Origin: Candidatus Kapaibacteriales bacterium
GTDB lineage: Bacteria; Bacteroidota; Ignavibacteria; Kapaibacteriales; UBA2268
Assembly: GCA_965661945.1 (NCBI GenBank)
Contig: CBFIFP010000001.1
Span: 515,638 to 579,637 of the forward strand
Reading direction: 5' to 3'
Length of the DNA stretch: 64,000 nt
A program made the position numbers and the translations under genes. A model generated the notes under the pieces. It did no database searches, was not told the origin of the DNA, and worked only from the letters and a program-made list of their open reading frames with translations. This document shows positions 30,723 through 41,863 of this stretch, one piece after another (within the stretch, counting starts at the first letter, position 1; each line of letters opens with the position of its first letter).

Positions 30723-32008
30723 TATTATTTATAATCATATATAACTTAATGTTTTCATTTGAGATAATTGACCAATCCCAAAATATATCTCAATGTGAAA
30801 ACACATCTGCAATCATATATGTATTATCAAATTCTGAAAATCTTGAATATAACTGGTTCAAAGATGGAGTTGAATTAATCCAAGAAAATAAAAATTCAAT
30901 ATCCTTTGATAATTTGACATTTTCAGTGTCAGGACACTACTGGTGCATTATTAAAAATACTACAACTAATACAATAAAGTACTCCAACCCAATAATAGTT
31001 AACATCAAAAAGAAAACTGAAATAATAAATAAAAATATTAACTTAGCAGTTTTTCCAAATCAGACATTAAAAATGAAAGTAGATATTAATGATGATTTTC
31101 AGTCAGAGGAATCTCACATCAGATGGTATGACAAATCTTGGAATCAATTACAAAATAATAAATTAATTTCAGGATCTAAGTCTAACCTATTAACAATAAA
31201 AGATGTAAGTGATAATCAAGATAAATATTATTGCGTTGTAAATGGTGACTGTGGTTTAGATACAGCAATTTTTAATTTAAAATATTTTAACCTGGCTATA
31301 CCACAACCAGCTTCAAAAACAATTTGTGAAAATGCTCCAATTAACATCAACTTAGAAATAAATGAAACAAACGGTCTTACTCTTCCAGATAATTACAAAA
31401 TTAAAATCTATAATAACGAAAGAGAATTAAAAATCTCAACAAAAATAATAAATGATATAATCTCCATAAACATTAATGAAGAAATGACCATCGATAAAGT
31501 TGGAACATATTTTTGCGATATTAACTTCGAAAACAAAAATTATTCTTTCAAAGCATTCGATTTAAGTGTATATCTTAAAACAATATTAGAAAATAAAAGT
31601 GAAGATTATATTACCCTAAAAGAAGGACAAAACTTAAATTTATTCATCAATGCAAAAGGAAATATCCAAAACTATATATGGTTAAAAAATGGGATACCTA
31701 TCGACACCACAAATAGTAATTTATTATCTATAAATCAAGCATTAAAAGAAGATTCGGGAACATATTCATGCATAGTAAAGAATTTTTGTCAAGACCAGGA
31801 ATTCATTATCTCAGAAGTTGAAATTATTGAAAATGAAACAATCCTTTCTATTAAAGACATTAAAATTCAAGAAATAATATTATTAACTGATATATTCGGA
31901 AATAAGTATAATCATAAAGATTACAATAATCTTCATACTTTAAAAAATGGTCTTTACTTAATTAAACACTCAAATGGTAAAACCACAAAAATAATTAAAT
32001 ATGAATAA
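30719..32008 (+). CDS. Ig-like (I-set-type) repeat protein
   Basis: 429 aa. Four repeats ending in G.Y.C.(V/I).N-like motifs (GHYWCIIKN, DKYYCVVNG, GTYFCDINF, GTYSCIVKN). Start overlaps the upstream stop (ATGA). Confidence 0.5.
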   Translation: MILFIIIYNLMFSFEIIDQSQNISQCENTSAIIYVLSNSENLEYNWFKDGVELIQENKNSISFDNLTFSVSGHYWCIIKNTTTNTIKYSNPIIVNIKKKTEIINKNINLAVFPNQTLKMKVDINDDFQSEESHIRWYDKSWNQLQNNKLISGSKSNLLTIKDVSDNQDKYYCVVNGDCGLDTAIFNLKYFNLAIPQPASKTICENAPININLEINETNGLTLPDNYKIKIYNNERELKISTKIINDIISININEEMTIDKVGTYFCDINFENKNYSFKAFDLSVYLKTILENKSEDYITLKEGQNLNLFINAKGNIQNYIWLKNGIPIDTTNSNLLSINQALKEDSGTYSCIVKNFCQDQEFIISEVEIIENETILSIKDIKIQEIILLTDIFGNKYNHKDYNNLHTLKNGLYLIKHSNGKTTKIIKYE

Positions 32009-33164
32009 AGAAGAAATAAAATTTATCGAAGAGAATATTAACAGCAATACCACAAAATTGCTCCTTAAATATGATAAAGATAGCAATAAAAGATTTTTGA
32101 TTAACCAAATAGGAAAAAGACAAAAAGTCAAAAATAAACTACCCGAACTTAGCAATAATTATAATTTTATTTTTCCGCAGAATTCCTTGCCCATTGAACA
32201 ATGCTCAAGTGAAAGTACCGCAAAAATTAAAGCTGATTTATTCTATGGTAATTCACTTTTAGATTTAACAGGTGGATTAGGAATAGATTCGTATTATATC
32301 TCTAAGAATTTTAAAACCACTTATTTTGTTGAACCAAACCTTGACTTATTTAATTTAGCTAAAATAAACCACACATACTTTAAAATATTTAACCAATCTG
32401 CAGAAGAGTTTTTAGAAGAATTTCTAAAACATAATCCAACTAACTTTGATTTAATCTACATTGACCCAGATAGAAGAGATAGCAACAACAAAAAACTATT
32501 CAAGTTAGAAGATTTAAAACCAAATATCCTAAAAATAAAAGAACAACTTGAAATAAATGAAAAAATTCAATCGGAAAATATTTTAATAAAACTCTCCCCT
32601 ATTTTTGAAATAAAAGAATTAAAAAATCATTTTGAATCTTATGATATAATCTTAATTTCAATAGATAATGAGCTAAAAGAATTACTAATTCATCTCCATA
32701 AAAATGCAAAATTAAATTATAAATTATTTATAATAAACAATGATAATTTAAAAGAATATAATTATAAATTATTAGAAAATAAACTTGATATTACAAATAA
32801 TTACTATAAATACTTATACGAACCAAACGTAGCAATATTAAAATCTAATCTTCAAAACCAGATAGCAAACAATTTGCAATTATCCAAATTTAATTCAAAC
32901 TCGCATTTATTCACCAAAGATGAAATACTCTCAAATTATCCAGGAAACATCTATCAAATAGAAAGAATATTAAACTACAAAAAAAAGGATTTTGAATTAA
33001 ACAATATAGATTCTGGAATAATAAAAATTAAAAACTTTAACGATACATTAAAAATAATTAAAAATAAACTTAATATAAAAGAGTCAAATCAAAGATACTT
33101 ATTTTTTACAAAAGACTATAACAACAAAAGCATCTGCATTGTTGCAAATAAAATAAACCATTAA
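32001..33164 (+). CDS. putative class I SAM-dependent methyltransferase (THUMP-like/conserved Bacteroidetes family)
   Basis: 387 aa. LDLTGGLGIDSYY glycine-rich motif consistent with a SAM-binding motif I. Confidence 0.4.
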   Translation: MNKEEIKFIEENINSNTTKLLLKYDKDSNKRFLINQIGKRQKVKNKLPELSNNYNFIFPQNSLPIEQCSSESTAKIKADLFYGNSLLDLTGGLGIDSYYISKNFKTTYFVEPNLDLFNLAKINHTYFKIFNQSAEEFLEEFLKHNPTNFDLIYIDPDRRDSNNKKLFKLEDLKPNILKIKEQLEINEKIQSENILIKLSPIFEIKELKNHFESYDIILISIDNELKELLIHLHKNAKLNYKLFIINNDNLKEYNYKLLENKLDITNNYYKYLYEPNVAILKSNLQNQIANNLQLSKFNSNSHLFTKDEILSNYPGNIYQIERILNYKKKDFELNNIDSGIIKIKNFNDTLKIIKNKLNIKESNQRYLFFTKDYNNKSICIVANKINH

Positions 33165-33165
33165 T

Positions 33166-33654
33166 TTATAACTTTTTCATAACTCTATTAATATCTCTAG
33201 TTTGGTCTCTTTTCTTTATAGTTTCACGTTTATCAAAAATCTTTTTTGGCTTAACAAGAGCAATCTCAATTTTTACAAGGTGACCAGAAAAATAAATTTC
33301 GGTAGGCACAATTGTATATGCCTTCTCATTTACTAAAGTTCGCCATCTTATCTGTTCTCTTTTATGAATCAGCACTTTTCGTCTTCTTTTTGGTTCATGA
33401 TTATAAATATTACCTTGTTCATACTCAGGAATATGAATATTAACAACATACAAATCATCATTATCTTTATAAGGGAAAAAACAATAAGCATCTTGCAAAG
33501 AGCATTTTCCACGTCTTAATGATTTCACTTCTGTTCCAGACAGCTCAATCCCAGCTTCAATCTTATTAATAATCTCATAATTGAAGAAAGCTTTCTTATT
33601 AGAAGTAATTAACTTGTATGTTCTAGTTCTATGTTCTGGTAAAATTTGTTTCAT
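33166..33654 (-). CDS. smpB: SsrA-binding protein
   Basis: 162 aa. Typical SmpB length and basic C-terminal tail. Confidence 0.8.
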   Translation of the reverse strand: MKQILPEHRTRTYKLITSNKKAFFNYEIINKIEAGIELSGTEVKSLRRGKCSLQDAYCFFPYKDNDDLYVVNIHIPEYEQGNIYNHEPKRRRKVLIHKREQIRWRTLVNEKAYTIVPTEIYFSGHLVKIEIALVKPKKIFDKRETIKKRDQTRDINRVMKKL

Positions 33655-33663
33655 AAATTAAAA

Positions 33664-33690
33664 AGCAAGAGACTTTAAAAGTCTCTTGCT
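33664..33690 (-). terminator. hairpin terminator/attenuator between rho and smpB
   Basis: Stem up to 12 bp (AGCAAGAGACTT / AAGTCTCTTGCT) with a 3-nt loop. Weak T-run on the minus strand. Lies only 10 nt upstream of the smpB start. Confidence 0.5.
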
Positions 33691-33711
33691 GTTCTTAAAA
33701 ATTAATAAATA

Positions 33712-35115
33712 CTATGAATTCATTGATTGTAAAAACTGCTCGTTGTCTTTTGTGCCGCGCAATCTATCAAGAGTAAACTCCATCGCTTCTACAGGTTGCA
33801 TATCAGCCAAAACTTTTCTCAAAATCCATACTTTGCTTAGTTCTTGAGCATCCATAATTAAATCATCGCGTCTTGTACCTGAGCGATTAACATCAATAGC
33901 AGGATAAACCCTTCTATCCGAAATTTGTCTGTTAAGAACAAGCTCCATATTACCAGTTCCTTTAAACTCCTCAAATATTACCTCGTCCATTCTAGAACCA
34001 GTATCAACAAGAGCAGTAGCTATGATAGATAAGGAACCACCTTCTTCAACATTCCTTGCAGCACCAAAAAATCTTTTTGGCTTATGAAGTGCTAAAGCAT
34101 CTACACCACCAGAAAGTATCTTACCAGAGTGAGGAATAACAGTATTGTGAGCCCTTGCCAAACGTGTAATAGAATCTAATAAGATAACTACATCTTGCTT
34201 TGCCTCTACAAGTCTTTTTGCCTTCTCTATAACCATTTCAGCAACTTGAACGTGCCTTTCTGCTGGCTCATCAAAAGTTGAAGCAACAACCTCACCATTT
34301 ACAGAACGTTCCATATCAGTTACCTCTTCAGGACGTTCATCAATCAATAAAACAATTAACTTTACCTCAGGATGATTTTGTGCAATTGAATTTGCAAAGT
34401 TTTTAAGAATCACAGTTTTTCCAGATTTAGGAGGTGCAACAATAAGACCTCTCTGCCCCTTACCTATAGGAGAAAGTAAATCTACTATTCTCATTGCATA
34501 GCCAGAGGATGCAGTCTCCAATCTTAATCTTTCATCAGGAAAAAGTGGTGTTAAATTATCAAATATAGTTCTATCTCTAATATTTTCTGGACTAAGATAA
34601 TTTACATCTTCTACTTTCAAAAGCGCATAAAATCTTTCACCCTCTTTAGGTGGTCTTACGTGCCCCTTTATCGAGTCACCAGTTCTTAACCCAAATTTCT
34701 TTATCTGAGATGGAGATACGTAAATATCATCAGGCGAAGGAAGGTAATTATAACTAACCGAGCGAAGAAATCCATATCCATCTGGAAGAACTTCTAAAAC
34801 GCCACCGCTTGTTAATACTTTTTCTTTTTTTTCAGATTCTTGAGGTGCTTGAGCATTTTTAAAATCCATAATTGATTTTATTAACTCTTGCTTTCTTAAA
34901 CCAGAAATACTTTCCATTCCCATTTCTTTTGCCATTGATTGCAATTCAACTAATTTCATTGAACGCAATTCTGCAATGTCAATTATTTCTGATTGTTGTT
35001 CTGGTTCTTCTTCTTTTACTCTATTAGAGGGAGCAGGTCCGCTTTTGAAGTTCCGTGTATAAGAAGCCGCCGAACTAGCTGTTGTAGTTCTTTTTCTTAG
35101 TCGTCTATCTGTCAT
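33712..35115 (-). CDS. rho: transcription termination factor Rho with N-terminal extension
   Basis: 467 aa. Walker [11 protein letters not shown]. Full RecA-like C-terminal domain. Extended basic/acidic N-terminus as in Bacteroidetes Rho. Confidence 0.9.
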   Translation of the reverse strand: MTDRRLRKRTTTASSAASYTRNFKSGPAPSNRVKEEEPEQQSEIIDIAELRSMKLVELQSMAKEMGMESISGLRKQELIKSIMDFKNAQAPQESEKKEKVLTSGGVLEVLPDGYGFLRSVSYNYLPSPDDIYVSPSQIKKFGLRTGDSIKGHVRPPKEGERFYALLKVEDVNYLSPENIRDRTIFDNLTPLFPDERLRLETASSGYAMRIVDLLSPIGKGQRGLIVAPPKSGKTVILKNFANSIAQNHPEVKLIVLLIDERPEEVTDMERSVNGEVVASTFDEPAERHVQVAEMVIEKAKRLVEAKQDVVILLDSITRLARAHNTVIPHSGKILSGGVDALALHKPKRFFGAARNVEEGGSLSIIATALVDTGSRMDEVIFEEFKGTGNMELVLNRQISDRRVYPAIDVNRSGTRRDDLIMDAQELSKVWILRKVLADMQPVEAMEFTLDRLRGTKDNEQFLQSMNS

Positions 35116-35240
35116 TAGTTATATCCTAAATATATCATATTTAATTAGTTACCGGAGATTGAATATTATTAAGATTTGTAAATTTGATAATCTCAACGGT
35201 GAGTATTACAAAATTAAGGTATTTTTTTGAAATAACAAAG

Positions 35241-35278
35241 AAAAAAAAGCACATACTACAAAATAGTATGTGCTTTTT
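35241..35278 (-). terminator. bidirectional rho-independent terminator downstream of the 1595-aa gene
   Basis: 9-bp stem GCACATACT/AGTATGTGC with a 7-nt loop, flanked by A8 and T5. Confidence 0.65.
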
Positions 35279-35301
35279 GTATGTCTATGACAATTTTAGT
35301 G

Positions 35302-38300
35302 TTATTTCTGTACTACAAATTTATCTTCAACTGTTAATTGATTTGACACTATTTGGTAAATATAAACACCGTTGCTAAGTTTTTCAACTGGTATTGGCAT
35401 TGAATACTCACCAGCAGATAATTTTCCATTATTTAAAATAGAAACTACCTCACCTTTAGCATCTATAATTCTAACAACCGTTTCCGAATCAAAAGCAATC
35501 GAAAACTCAATGTTAGAACCAGAAGATGTTACAGGGTTTGGAGCTATATTCGCTACACTATTATTAAAGTTTGATAAACTTAATGGTCTTAAGCCCATAC
35601 CACAAACAGGGTCTAACGATAAGGTTACACTATTTGCAGGTGGTGCAATAAATCCACAAGAGTTACCAGAAACTAAAGCAGTCTCAATTGGAGTATCTAA
35701 TGAATTACCTTCAGTATCATCTCTACCTTCTACATATAATTCATCAACTGAAGCTCCATTTATACCATCCGTTGGGAAGTTTGTTAATCCTGAGTTGAAA
35801 TTAATCTCAAATAAATCGCCTGGATCATTAAAGATATTATTACCCAAAGCTTCAATTCTAAACCTTACAGTTTGCATTACAACCAATTTTCCATCTCTTG
35901 TTGGCTCTGGAACTAAATTGTAGTTTTCAAACTCAACAGGTCCAACTATTGTAAAGTTAGCAGGATTACCATAATTACCTAATAATCTAACTCCCATTGT
36001 ATTGTTATAAGTAATAAATCCTCTTCTGAAAGTTACTTCAATATCCACAGTTTTTAACTCAGCTTCTGCTAAATCAGTTCCAGCAGTAATTTCATCTAAA
36101 GTTACTTTATAAGTAATTTGTCTATGTTCTGCGATTGTGAAGTTAATATCTCTAATTGGATTACCATTATCATTCAATACTGCACCATTTCTATCTAATA
36201 CCATGTTAGTAGAACCTCTTTGGTAAGAATCAGAAGTTAGTACAAAATTATATGAACCTGGTCTATCATCTTCATTAACTATATCTGTCTCACATGACAT
36301 TACCATTTCTTGTGCATTAGCGCCAATTAATCTTACTGTTGGAAGATAAGAAACAAACATTATTATTCTCTCATTTTGCTCTAAAGTAACATCTTGTGGC
36401 TCAGCCATAACTGGAGCATCAAAAGTACCATCTGCATTTCTAATTTGGTAACCAACTGTATTAAACTGGTAACCAACTGTATTTCCATCAGCAGGAGTAA
36501 ATCCTACATTTCTTACAACTATTTCTTTTGTTCCATTGTTTTCAAAGTAGAACATATTTTCATAGCCATTGAAATTATCATCAATTAAATATTCATTAGA
36601 TAAACAAGAATATAATGGGCTTGCAGCACCAACAACATTTGGTCTAACTGCATTTCCAGTTAATCTTATAGTTCCATTATATTGACCAGTCTGGCCACTT
36701 TCGTCAGCGTCTGAAGTAATTGTAATATCAGTTGAGTGAACCACATCAGCTTCATCTGTAAAGTAAATCACCTCTATTTCAATTGATTGATTAATATCAA
36801 GTTCAAATGGATAAGCAGGTATTTGAGCTGGGTCGATATAAAAAGGAACATTTCCTAAATCTGCCAATAAAGTAGTAGCATTTGCTCCCCAGTTAATATC
36901 AGTTATAGTCAATATATCACCATTATCAGTATTAGTTGGTCTGTTTTCTATAACTAAAGTTCTTGTTACTTGTTCAGCAACAACTCCAGCAGTGATAGTT
37001 CCAAAATCAACTTCATTAGTCTCTTCTGTTGCACCATCAACGTAATATAAAAACATATTAGGAACAATTCCATGTCCTCTTAATGTAAATCTAGTTTCTT
37101 CTCCAACAACTTCACCAGTGTTTTCTAAATAGTAATCAATTTCATAAGGTCCAACAACTGTAGGACTAAAATAAATTGTGTTTCTAACTGACTGACCACC
37201 AGCAGCAATTACTGGCATATTAAAGTTAGCAGGTGCTACATCAGGTAAGGTATTAGCAAATGTTTGATTGAAAGAAAACGCATTCAAACCATTATTTGTT
37301 CCAGCAGGACCATTTTCGTTATCAAAACCAATTCCACTAACTTTTAATGGAGCTGCAAATTCACCAACAGTAGTATTCGATACAGTAATTAATTCTGAAC
37401 CAACTGGCTCATACACATTATTAGGTTGTTTAGGATATTTAATTCTAACTTTTTCCCAATCATATTCTTGTGATAATATACCTGTTTCAATTGCTTTTCC
37501 TTCTAATTCACAAATAGGGTCACAATCTGATAAGTCCTCCTCTGTAATGAAAACTATCTGGTCAGTATAATTTCCAACAGCATTTGGTTGGAATGTAACT
37601 CTGAATTCAAACTCAGCACCTGGTTCAACTACTATAGGATCTGTTAAAAGATTATTAGCATCTGTTGCTGGAAGAGTATGAGTAAACTCTGGGTTTGAAG
37701 GACCTGTATAACCAATAATAACTAAGTTTTGAGAACCATTAAGTCCACTACACTCATTCTTAATTCTTCTTACAGGTGATTGTTGAGCTTGAGAAGTTCC
37801 ATCAGGACGCATAGTAATTACATCAAAAGTATGGTCATCAACGGCTATTCCTGGTACTCCAGTTTCTGCTGATATTTCAGCGGTAAACTCATCCTGACAA
37901 TCAGTTTTCAAACCTATAGAGTCAATAAATCTACCCTCGTCATTAGTAAGGAAAGTTATTGTTAATTGTCTGATTTCTCTAGGTAAAAACGGCTCATTCA
38001 AATCCCAATCTAATGGTTCAATTGCAAAATTTTGGTCACCTAATCTTAATTTTACTTCAGTTAAAGTTACTTCTCTAACGTCAGATAAATTTTCAATTTC
38101 ATATCTCATTTCACGTTGCACACCTAAACCAGTAACACCCAACGCTTCATTATATAAATCATTGTTTGTATCATCAGCTACAACTTCTCTCAAATCTAAA
38201 AGTTCTGGGAAATATTCAATAGTATCTCTTGATACATTTCCTGACCTATCAGAGAAAATAACAATAACTCTAGCAGGTTTTTTAGGATCTTCAACTTTTA

Positions 38301-40089
38301 AAGACCAAGCAGTAGTTGGAGTTCCAGGCACGAAATTATTATTATCGTATCTAAACTCAATATAATTTTCCAACTCACTCCATTCTAACTCAGGAATAGC
38401 TAAACCAACTCTTATACCATCAACATCCGGATCTGGATTATCTGTAGTAGTACCTTGAATATTACCAAAGCAATCCATTGTCCAATTAATAGTTGGAGGT
38501 AAAGTATCTTGACTTACAACTCTTAGTGCAGTTGCAGTTGGAAATCCATAAGAATCATAATTATCTACACCATTTGAATAACAAGCAAATAAAGTAGAAG
38601 ACCTGATAGCAAATATACCATCACCTGGTAAATCAATCCATTTATGAGCAAACTTTCTTCCAGTGTGAGGAGTATTAGAAACAGCATCAGCATCTCCACC
38701 ACTACCAATTTCATACATTGCAGTTGACTGCGCTCCAAATCTTGTTCTTACGGTTGTCCAATCGATTTCTCCGCCTCCTTTAACCTCCCCAAATTCCATA
38801 TCTTCAGGTAATAAACCGTTTTCATCAACCTCAAAAATTAAATTCATAAAGTTAGAACCAAAGTTTTTACCACCCTCAGCTGCAGGAGTTGCAAATAAAA
38901 TTTCATTTTGATATTGTTCTACTGGAGTGATAATCATAGAATAAGGATCTGTTTCTTTACCATCATCTTGAGAACTAGGATTGTACAAAGAAATATAAAT
39001 TGGCTTATTAGAAGAATAAACAGCAGGTAGAGGGTCTAGTCCTACAGGCCAAGTTCTTGTTTCCACCCATGCTTGATTTTGATATCCACCGGCTTGACCA
39101 ACTCCATTTGTAAAGTATAAAATTTCTTGCCCGTCTCTCCAGACTATAGTTTCTGGGTCTCGAGCAAAAACCCTTAAAATACTAGGTTTATTTCTATTGA
39201 GCATAGTAGGTACATTATATATTTGTCCCCATGCATGCATTGGTAGATCTTGTTCTACTGTGTAGTCACAAGCTCTTACTCTTAAAGGAATATCAGTACA
39301 ATATTGTCCTGAAAATACAGCAACTGGTTTATCTGCGTCTATTAATGAACCAGATAAAGTCTCATCGGATTCAACGTTAGACAATACAACCACATCACCT
39401 CTATTCATAGTGAATCTTGTCATTTCACCAGATGAAATAGTTTGACCGCCTAAAATTCTTACCTGTGCTGGAAATTTCATCTGGCCACCACCAAGTGTAA
39501 ATTCAACTCTTGTTCTATCATAAGGTGCAACTATACACACCATGTTAGGTAAACTACCAGTATTCCATTCTCTTGCATCATAAGGAGTACAAACATATTT
39601 GTTACCAAGACCATGTGCAGGTAGAGCTAAATATCCATCAGATGTAAAGCTATATCTTACTATTACGTAAATAATTATAGGTTCATCAGAGGTAACATGT
39701 AATGCTTTACCTTCCCATACTTGAGCTGGTCTTCCGTAGTTATCATTCAAATTATGAATATATGGCTGACACTCACCTGGTTTCAAATCAAAAGCTTTTG
39801 CTGTCCCAGCAGGAACCGACAGAGACATATCGACACCACCAGGTTGTTGAATTCTCACATTAGCATCACCAGAAGCACCAATGATAAATCTTGTGAAATT
39901 AGTAGGATCTGCTACTAGGTACGGAGGTGGGACTGATAACCAATATTCCCTTCCCGCGTTAGATGGGTCTCCTAACATCTTTAGGACATTCTTTTTAATA
40001 ACCTCATCATCTGTTTCTCCATTTTTCACTTGAGCATTTGCTACTCCAAATGAAAGAGCAATAAGGAGGATTGAGTACAAAAATTTCAT
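35302..40089 (-). CDS. giant T9SS-secreted adhesin-like protein with IgGFc-binding-like N-terminal domain and C-terminal por-secretion tail
   Basis: 1595 aa. Signal peptide. N-terminal GREYWLSVPPPYL resembles the IgGFc_binding N-domain. C-terminus ..LSNGVYIYQIVSNQLTVEDKFVVQK. Confidence 0.65.
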   Translation of the reverse strand: MKFLYSILLIALSFGVANAQVKNGETDDEVIKKNVLKMLGDPSNAGREYWLSVPPPYLVADPTNFTRFIIGASGDANVRIQQPGGVDMSLSVPAGTAKAFDLKPGECQPYIHNLNDNYGRPAQVWEGKALHVTSDEPIIIYVIVRYSFTSDGYLALPAHGLGNKYVCTPYDAREWNTGSLPNMVCIVAPYDRTRVEFTLGGGQMKFPAQVRILGGQTISSGEMTRFTMNRGDVVVLSNVESDETLSGSLIDADKPVAVFSGQYCTDIPLRVRACDYTVEQDLPMHAWGQIYNVPTMLNRNKPSILRVFARDPETIVWRDGQEILYFTNGVGQAGGYQNQAWVETRTWPVGLDPLPAVYSSNKPIYISLYNPSSQDDGKETDPYSMIITPVEQYQNEILFATPAAEGGKNFGSNFMNLIFEVDENGLLPEDMEFGEVKGGGEIDWTTVRTRFGAQSTAMYEIGSGGDADAVSNTPHTGRKFAHKWIDLPGDGIFAIRSSTLFACYSNGVDNYDSYGFPTATALRVVSQDTLPPTINWTMDCFGNIQGTTTDNPDPDVDGIRVGLAIPELEWSELENYIEFRYDNNNFVPGTPTTAWSLKVEDPKKPARVIVIFSDRSGNVSRDTIEYFPELLDLREVVADDTNNDLYNEALGVTGLGVQREMRYEIENLSDVREVTLTEVKLRLGDQNFAIEPLDWDLNEPFLPREIRQLTITFLTNDEGRFIDSIGLKTDCQDEFTAEISAETGVPGIAVDDHTFDVITMRPDGTSQAQQSPVRRIKNECSGLNGSQNLVIIGYTGPSNPEFTHTLPATDANNLLTDPIVVEPGAEFEFRVTFQPNAVGNYTDQIVFITEEDLSDCDPICELEGKAIETGILSQEYDWEKVRIKYPKQPNNVYEPVGSELITVSNTTVGEFAAPLKVSGIGFDNENGPAGTNNGLNAFSFNQTFANTLPDVAPANFNMPVIAAGGQSVRNTIYFSPTVVGPYEIDYYLENTGEVVGEETRFTLRGHGIVPNMFLYYVDGATEETNEVDFGTITAGVVAEQVTRTLVIENRPTNTDNGDILTITDINWGANATTLLADLGNVPFYIDPAQIPAYPFELDINQSIEIEVIYFTDEADVVHSTDITITSDADESGQTGQYNGTIRLTGNAVRPNVVGAASPLYSCLSNEYLIDDNFNGYENMFYFENNGTKEIVVRNVGFTPADGNTVGYQFNTVGYQIRNADGTFDAPVMAEPQDVTLEQNERIIMFVSYLPTVRLIGANAQEMVMSCETDIVNEDDRPGSYNFVLTSDSYQRGSTNMVLDRNGAVLNDNGNPIRDINFTIAEHRQITYKVTLDEITAGTDLAEAELKTVDIEVTFRRGFITYNNTMGVRLLGNYGNPANFTIVGPVEFENYNLVPEPTRDGKLVVMQTVRFRIEALGNNIFNDPGDLFEINFNSGLTNFPTDGINGASVDELYVEGRDDTEGNSLDTPIETALVSGNSCGFIAPPANSVTLSLDPVCGMGLRPLSLSNFNNSVANIAPNPVTSSGSNIEFSIAFDSETVVRIIDAKGEVVSILNNGKLSAGEYSMPIPVEKLSNGVYIYQIVSNQLTVEDKFVVQK

Positions 40090-40260
40090 AATATCTCCAA
40101 TAAATTAAATAAAAAAATTTTTTTTTCACTTTTTAAAAAACTAATATAACTAAAAGAAGTATAACATGCAAATTTATTGTTAATTTTTCTACACACTATT
40201 TTTTAATTTTTTTTTTTTTGTATTACTTCTAAAACTAATAATAAAATTTGTTCCTATTTG

Positions 40261-41808
40261 TTACATTTTTTTTAGAATAATTTTATGATTTAAGGCGTTT
40301 TCTAACATTTCTTTTCTTCTATTTCCACCCCAAACTTCTATATCTATATCATTATCTTCTACTTGTAACATACCAATCTGAATGCAATCTGTTTTTATCA
40401 TTATGTTTAAGTTTTCAACAATTCCCAGTTGTCGCCTATCCATTCCTTCTACTAACCTAAGAATCCCACCAAGTACCCATATCTTTTTTTTGTCATGTTC
40501 ATTTAAATTGTTAAAATTATTATGCGAACTTTTTGGCAGTGACTTCCTATGATATCTTGCAATATTTGCAATAATTTCTGATTCATGAATAGTAAATCCA
40601 GGCATCTCTGTGTTCAAAATCAAGTAATATGAGTGTTTATGATGTTTATCATGAGAAATATAAAACCCACAATCATGTAAATAAGCACCTACCTCAAGCA
40701 ATTCTCTTTCCACCTCACCAAAATTATGTAAAGATTTAAGCTCATCAAATAATTTTAAAGACATTTTTGAAATATATTTTGAGTGGTTTAAATCAACTCC
40801 ATATTTTTTAACAAGCATTAGTGTAGTATTCTTTCTTATCTTAGATATACTTGTAGAAATCTCTAAACTATTTAAAAGTTGATAATATTTAAAAAAAATA
40901 CCCTCTCTTAAAGCATAACTAGAAAAAACAATCTCCTTAATATTTAAATACCTAATAAAATTCTCTACTATCAAAGCACCAGCTAAAATAATATCAGCCC
41001 TTTGGTCATCTAAGCCCTTAATTTTCTTAATAGATTCCGGATTCCTAGCTTTTTTAATTCTATCAATAACTTTAAGGAGCATCTCGCTTGTTGCTTTAAG
41101 TCCATTTGAATTCTCTAACAAAACAACGCCAGACTTAACAGCAGCCATAGCAATAAGATTTTGCAAAGTCCCAGAAGTAGCAATTACATATTCAAAATCT
41201 CTTTTCTTTATCTTATCAAGAACAGGAGTCCACTCACCTTTAATATATTCCACACAATCATCAATATCTTTTTTAGTTACTTTTTCCTTATCAAAATACT
41301 TCTTAGTAAGTCTTACAGTACCTATTTTTGTACTATTGCAATACTCATCTACTCCATTCAAACCAATAATAGATTCAGTGCTTCCCCCACCAATATCAAT
41401 CAAAAGTGTTTTCTTTTCAAAAACTGGTAAAGACCTAATTGCACCAGAGTAAATTAATCTTGCTTCCTCCCTTCCAGATATAACCTCAACTATTACTCCA
41501 GTTTCTTTATAAACTTTTTCTATAAACTCATTTCGATTTTCCGCCTCTCTTACAGCACTGGTCGCAATTGCTTTTACAATGGCTCCCTCGCTTTCTGCAA
41601 TTTTAGAAAAATTACTTAATGTATTAACTCCCCTTTCAATAGCATCTTTGGTAATCTCTTTCATATCCGATGGAGAATTCCCCAACCGAACCAATTCTTT
41701 TTCTCTTTGAATTATATTCAACATTCCCTTGGAGTCTATTGTTGCTATAATCATATGAAAAGAGTTTGTTCCAATATCAATAGCTGCTATCTTTTTTGTT
41801 TCTAACAT
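40261..41808 (-). CDS. exopolyphosphatase/guanosine pentaphosphate phosphohydrolase (Ppx/GppA) with C-terminal HD domain
   Basis: 515 aa. N-terminal IDIGTNSFHMIIA (Ppx/GppA). C-terminal LHDCG..H HD-like region. Confidence 0.75.
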   Translation of the reverse strand: MLETKKIAAIDIGTNSFHMIIATIDSKGMLNIIQREKELVRLGNSPSDMKEITKDAIERGVNTLSNFSKIAESEGAIVKAIATSAVREAENRNEFIEKVYKETGVIVEVISGREEARLIYSGAIRSLPVFEKKTLLIDIGGGSTESIIGLNGVDEYCNSTKIGTVRLTKKYFDKEKVTKKDIDDCVEYIKGEWTPVLDKIKKRDFEYVIATSGTLQNLIAMAAVKSGVVLLENSNGLKATSEMLLKVIDRIKKARNPESIKKIKGLDDQRADIILAGALIVENFIRYLNIKEIVFSSYALREGIFFKYYQLLNSLEISTSISKIRKNTTLMLVKKYGVDLNHSKYISKMSLKLFDELKSLHNFGEVERELLEVGAYLHDCGFYISHDKHHKHSYYLILNTEMPGFTIHESEIIANIARYHRKSLPKSSHNNFNNLNEHDKKKIWVLGGILRLVEGMDRRQLGIVENLNIMIKTDCIQIGMLQVEDNDIDIEVWGGNRRKEMLENALNHKIILKKM

Positions 41809-41863
41809 TATTCTCTTGTAATCTTTTTTAAAACTTTAAATAAAAACCTAAACTAACTGAAAA

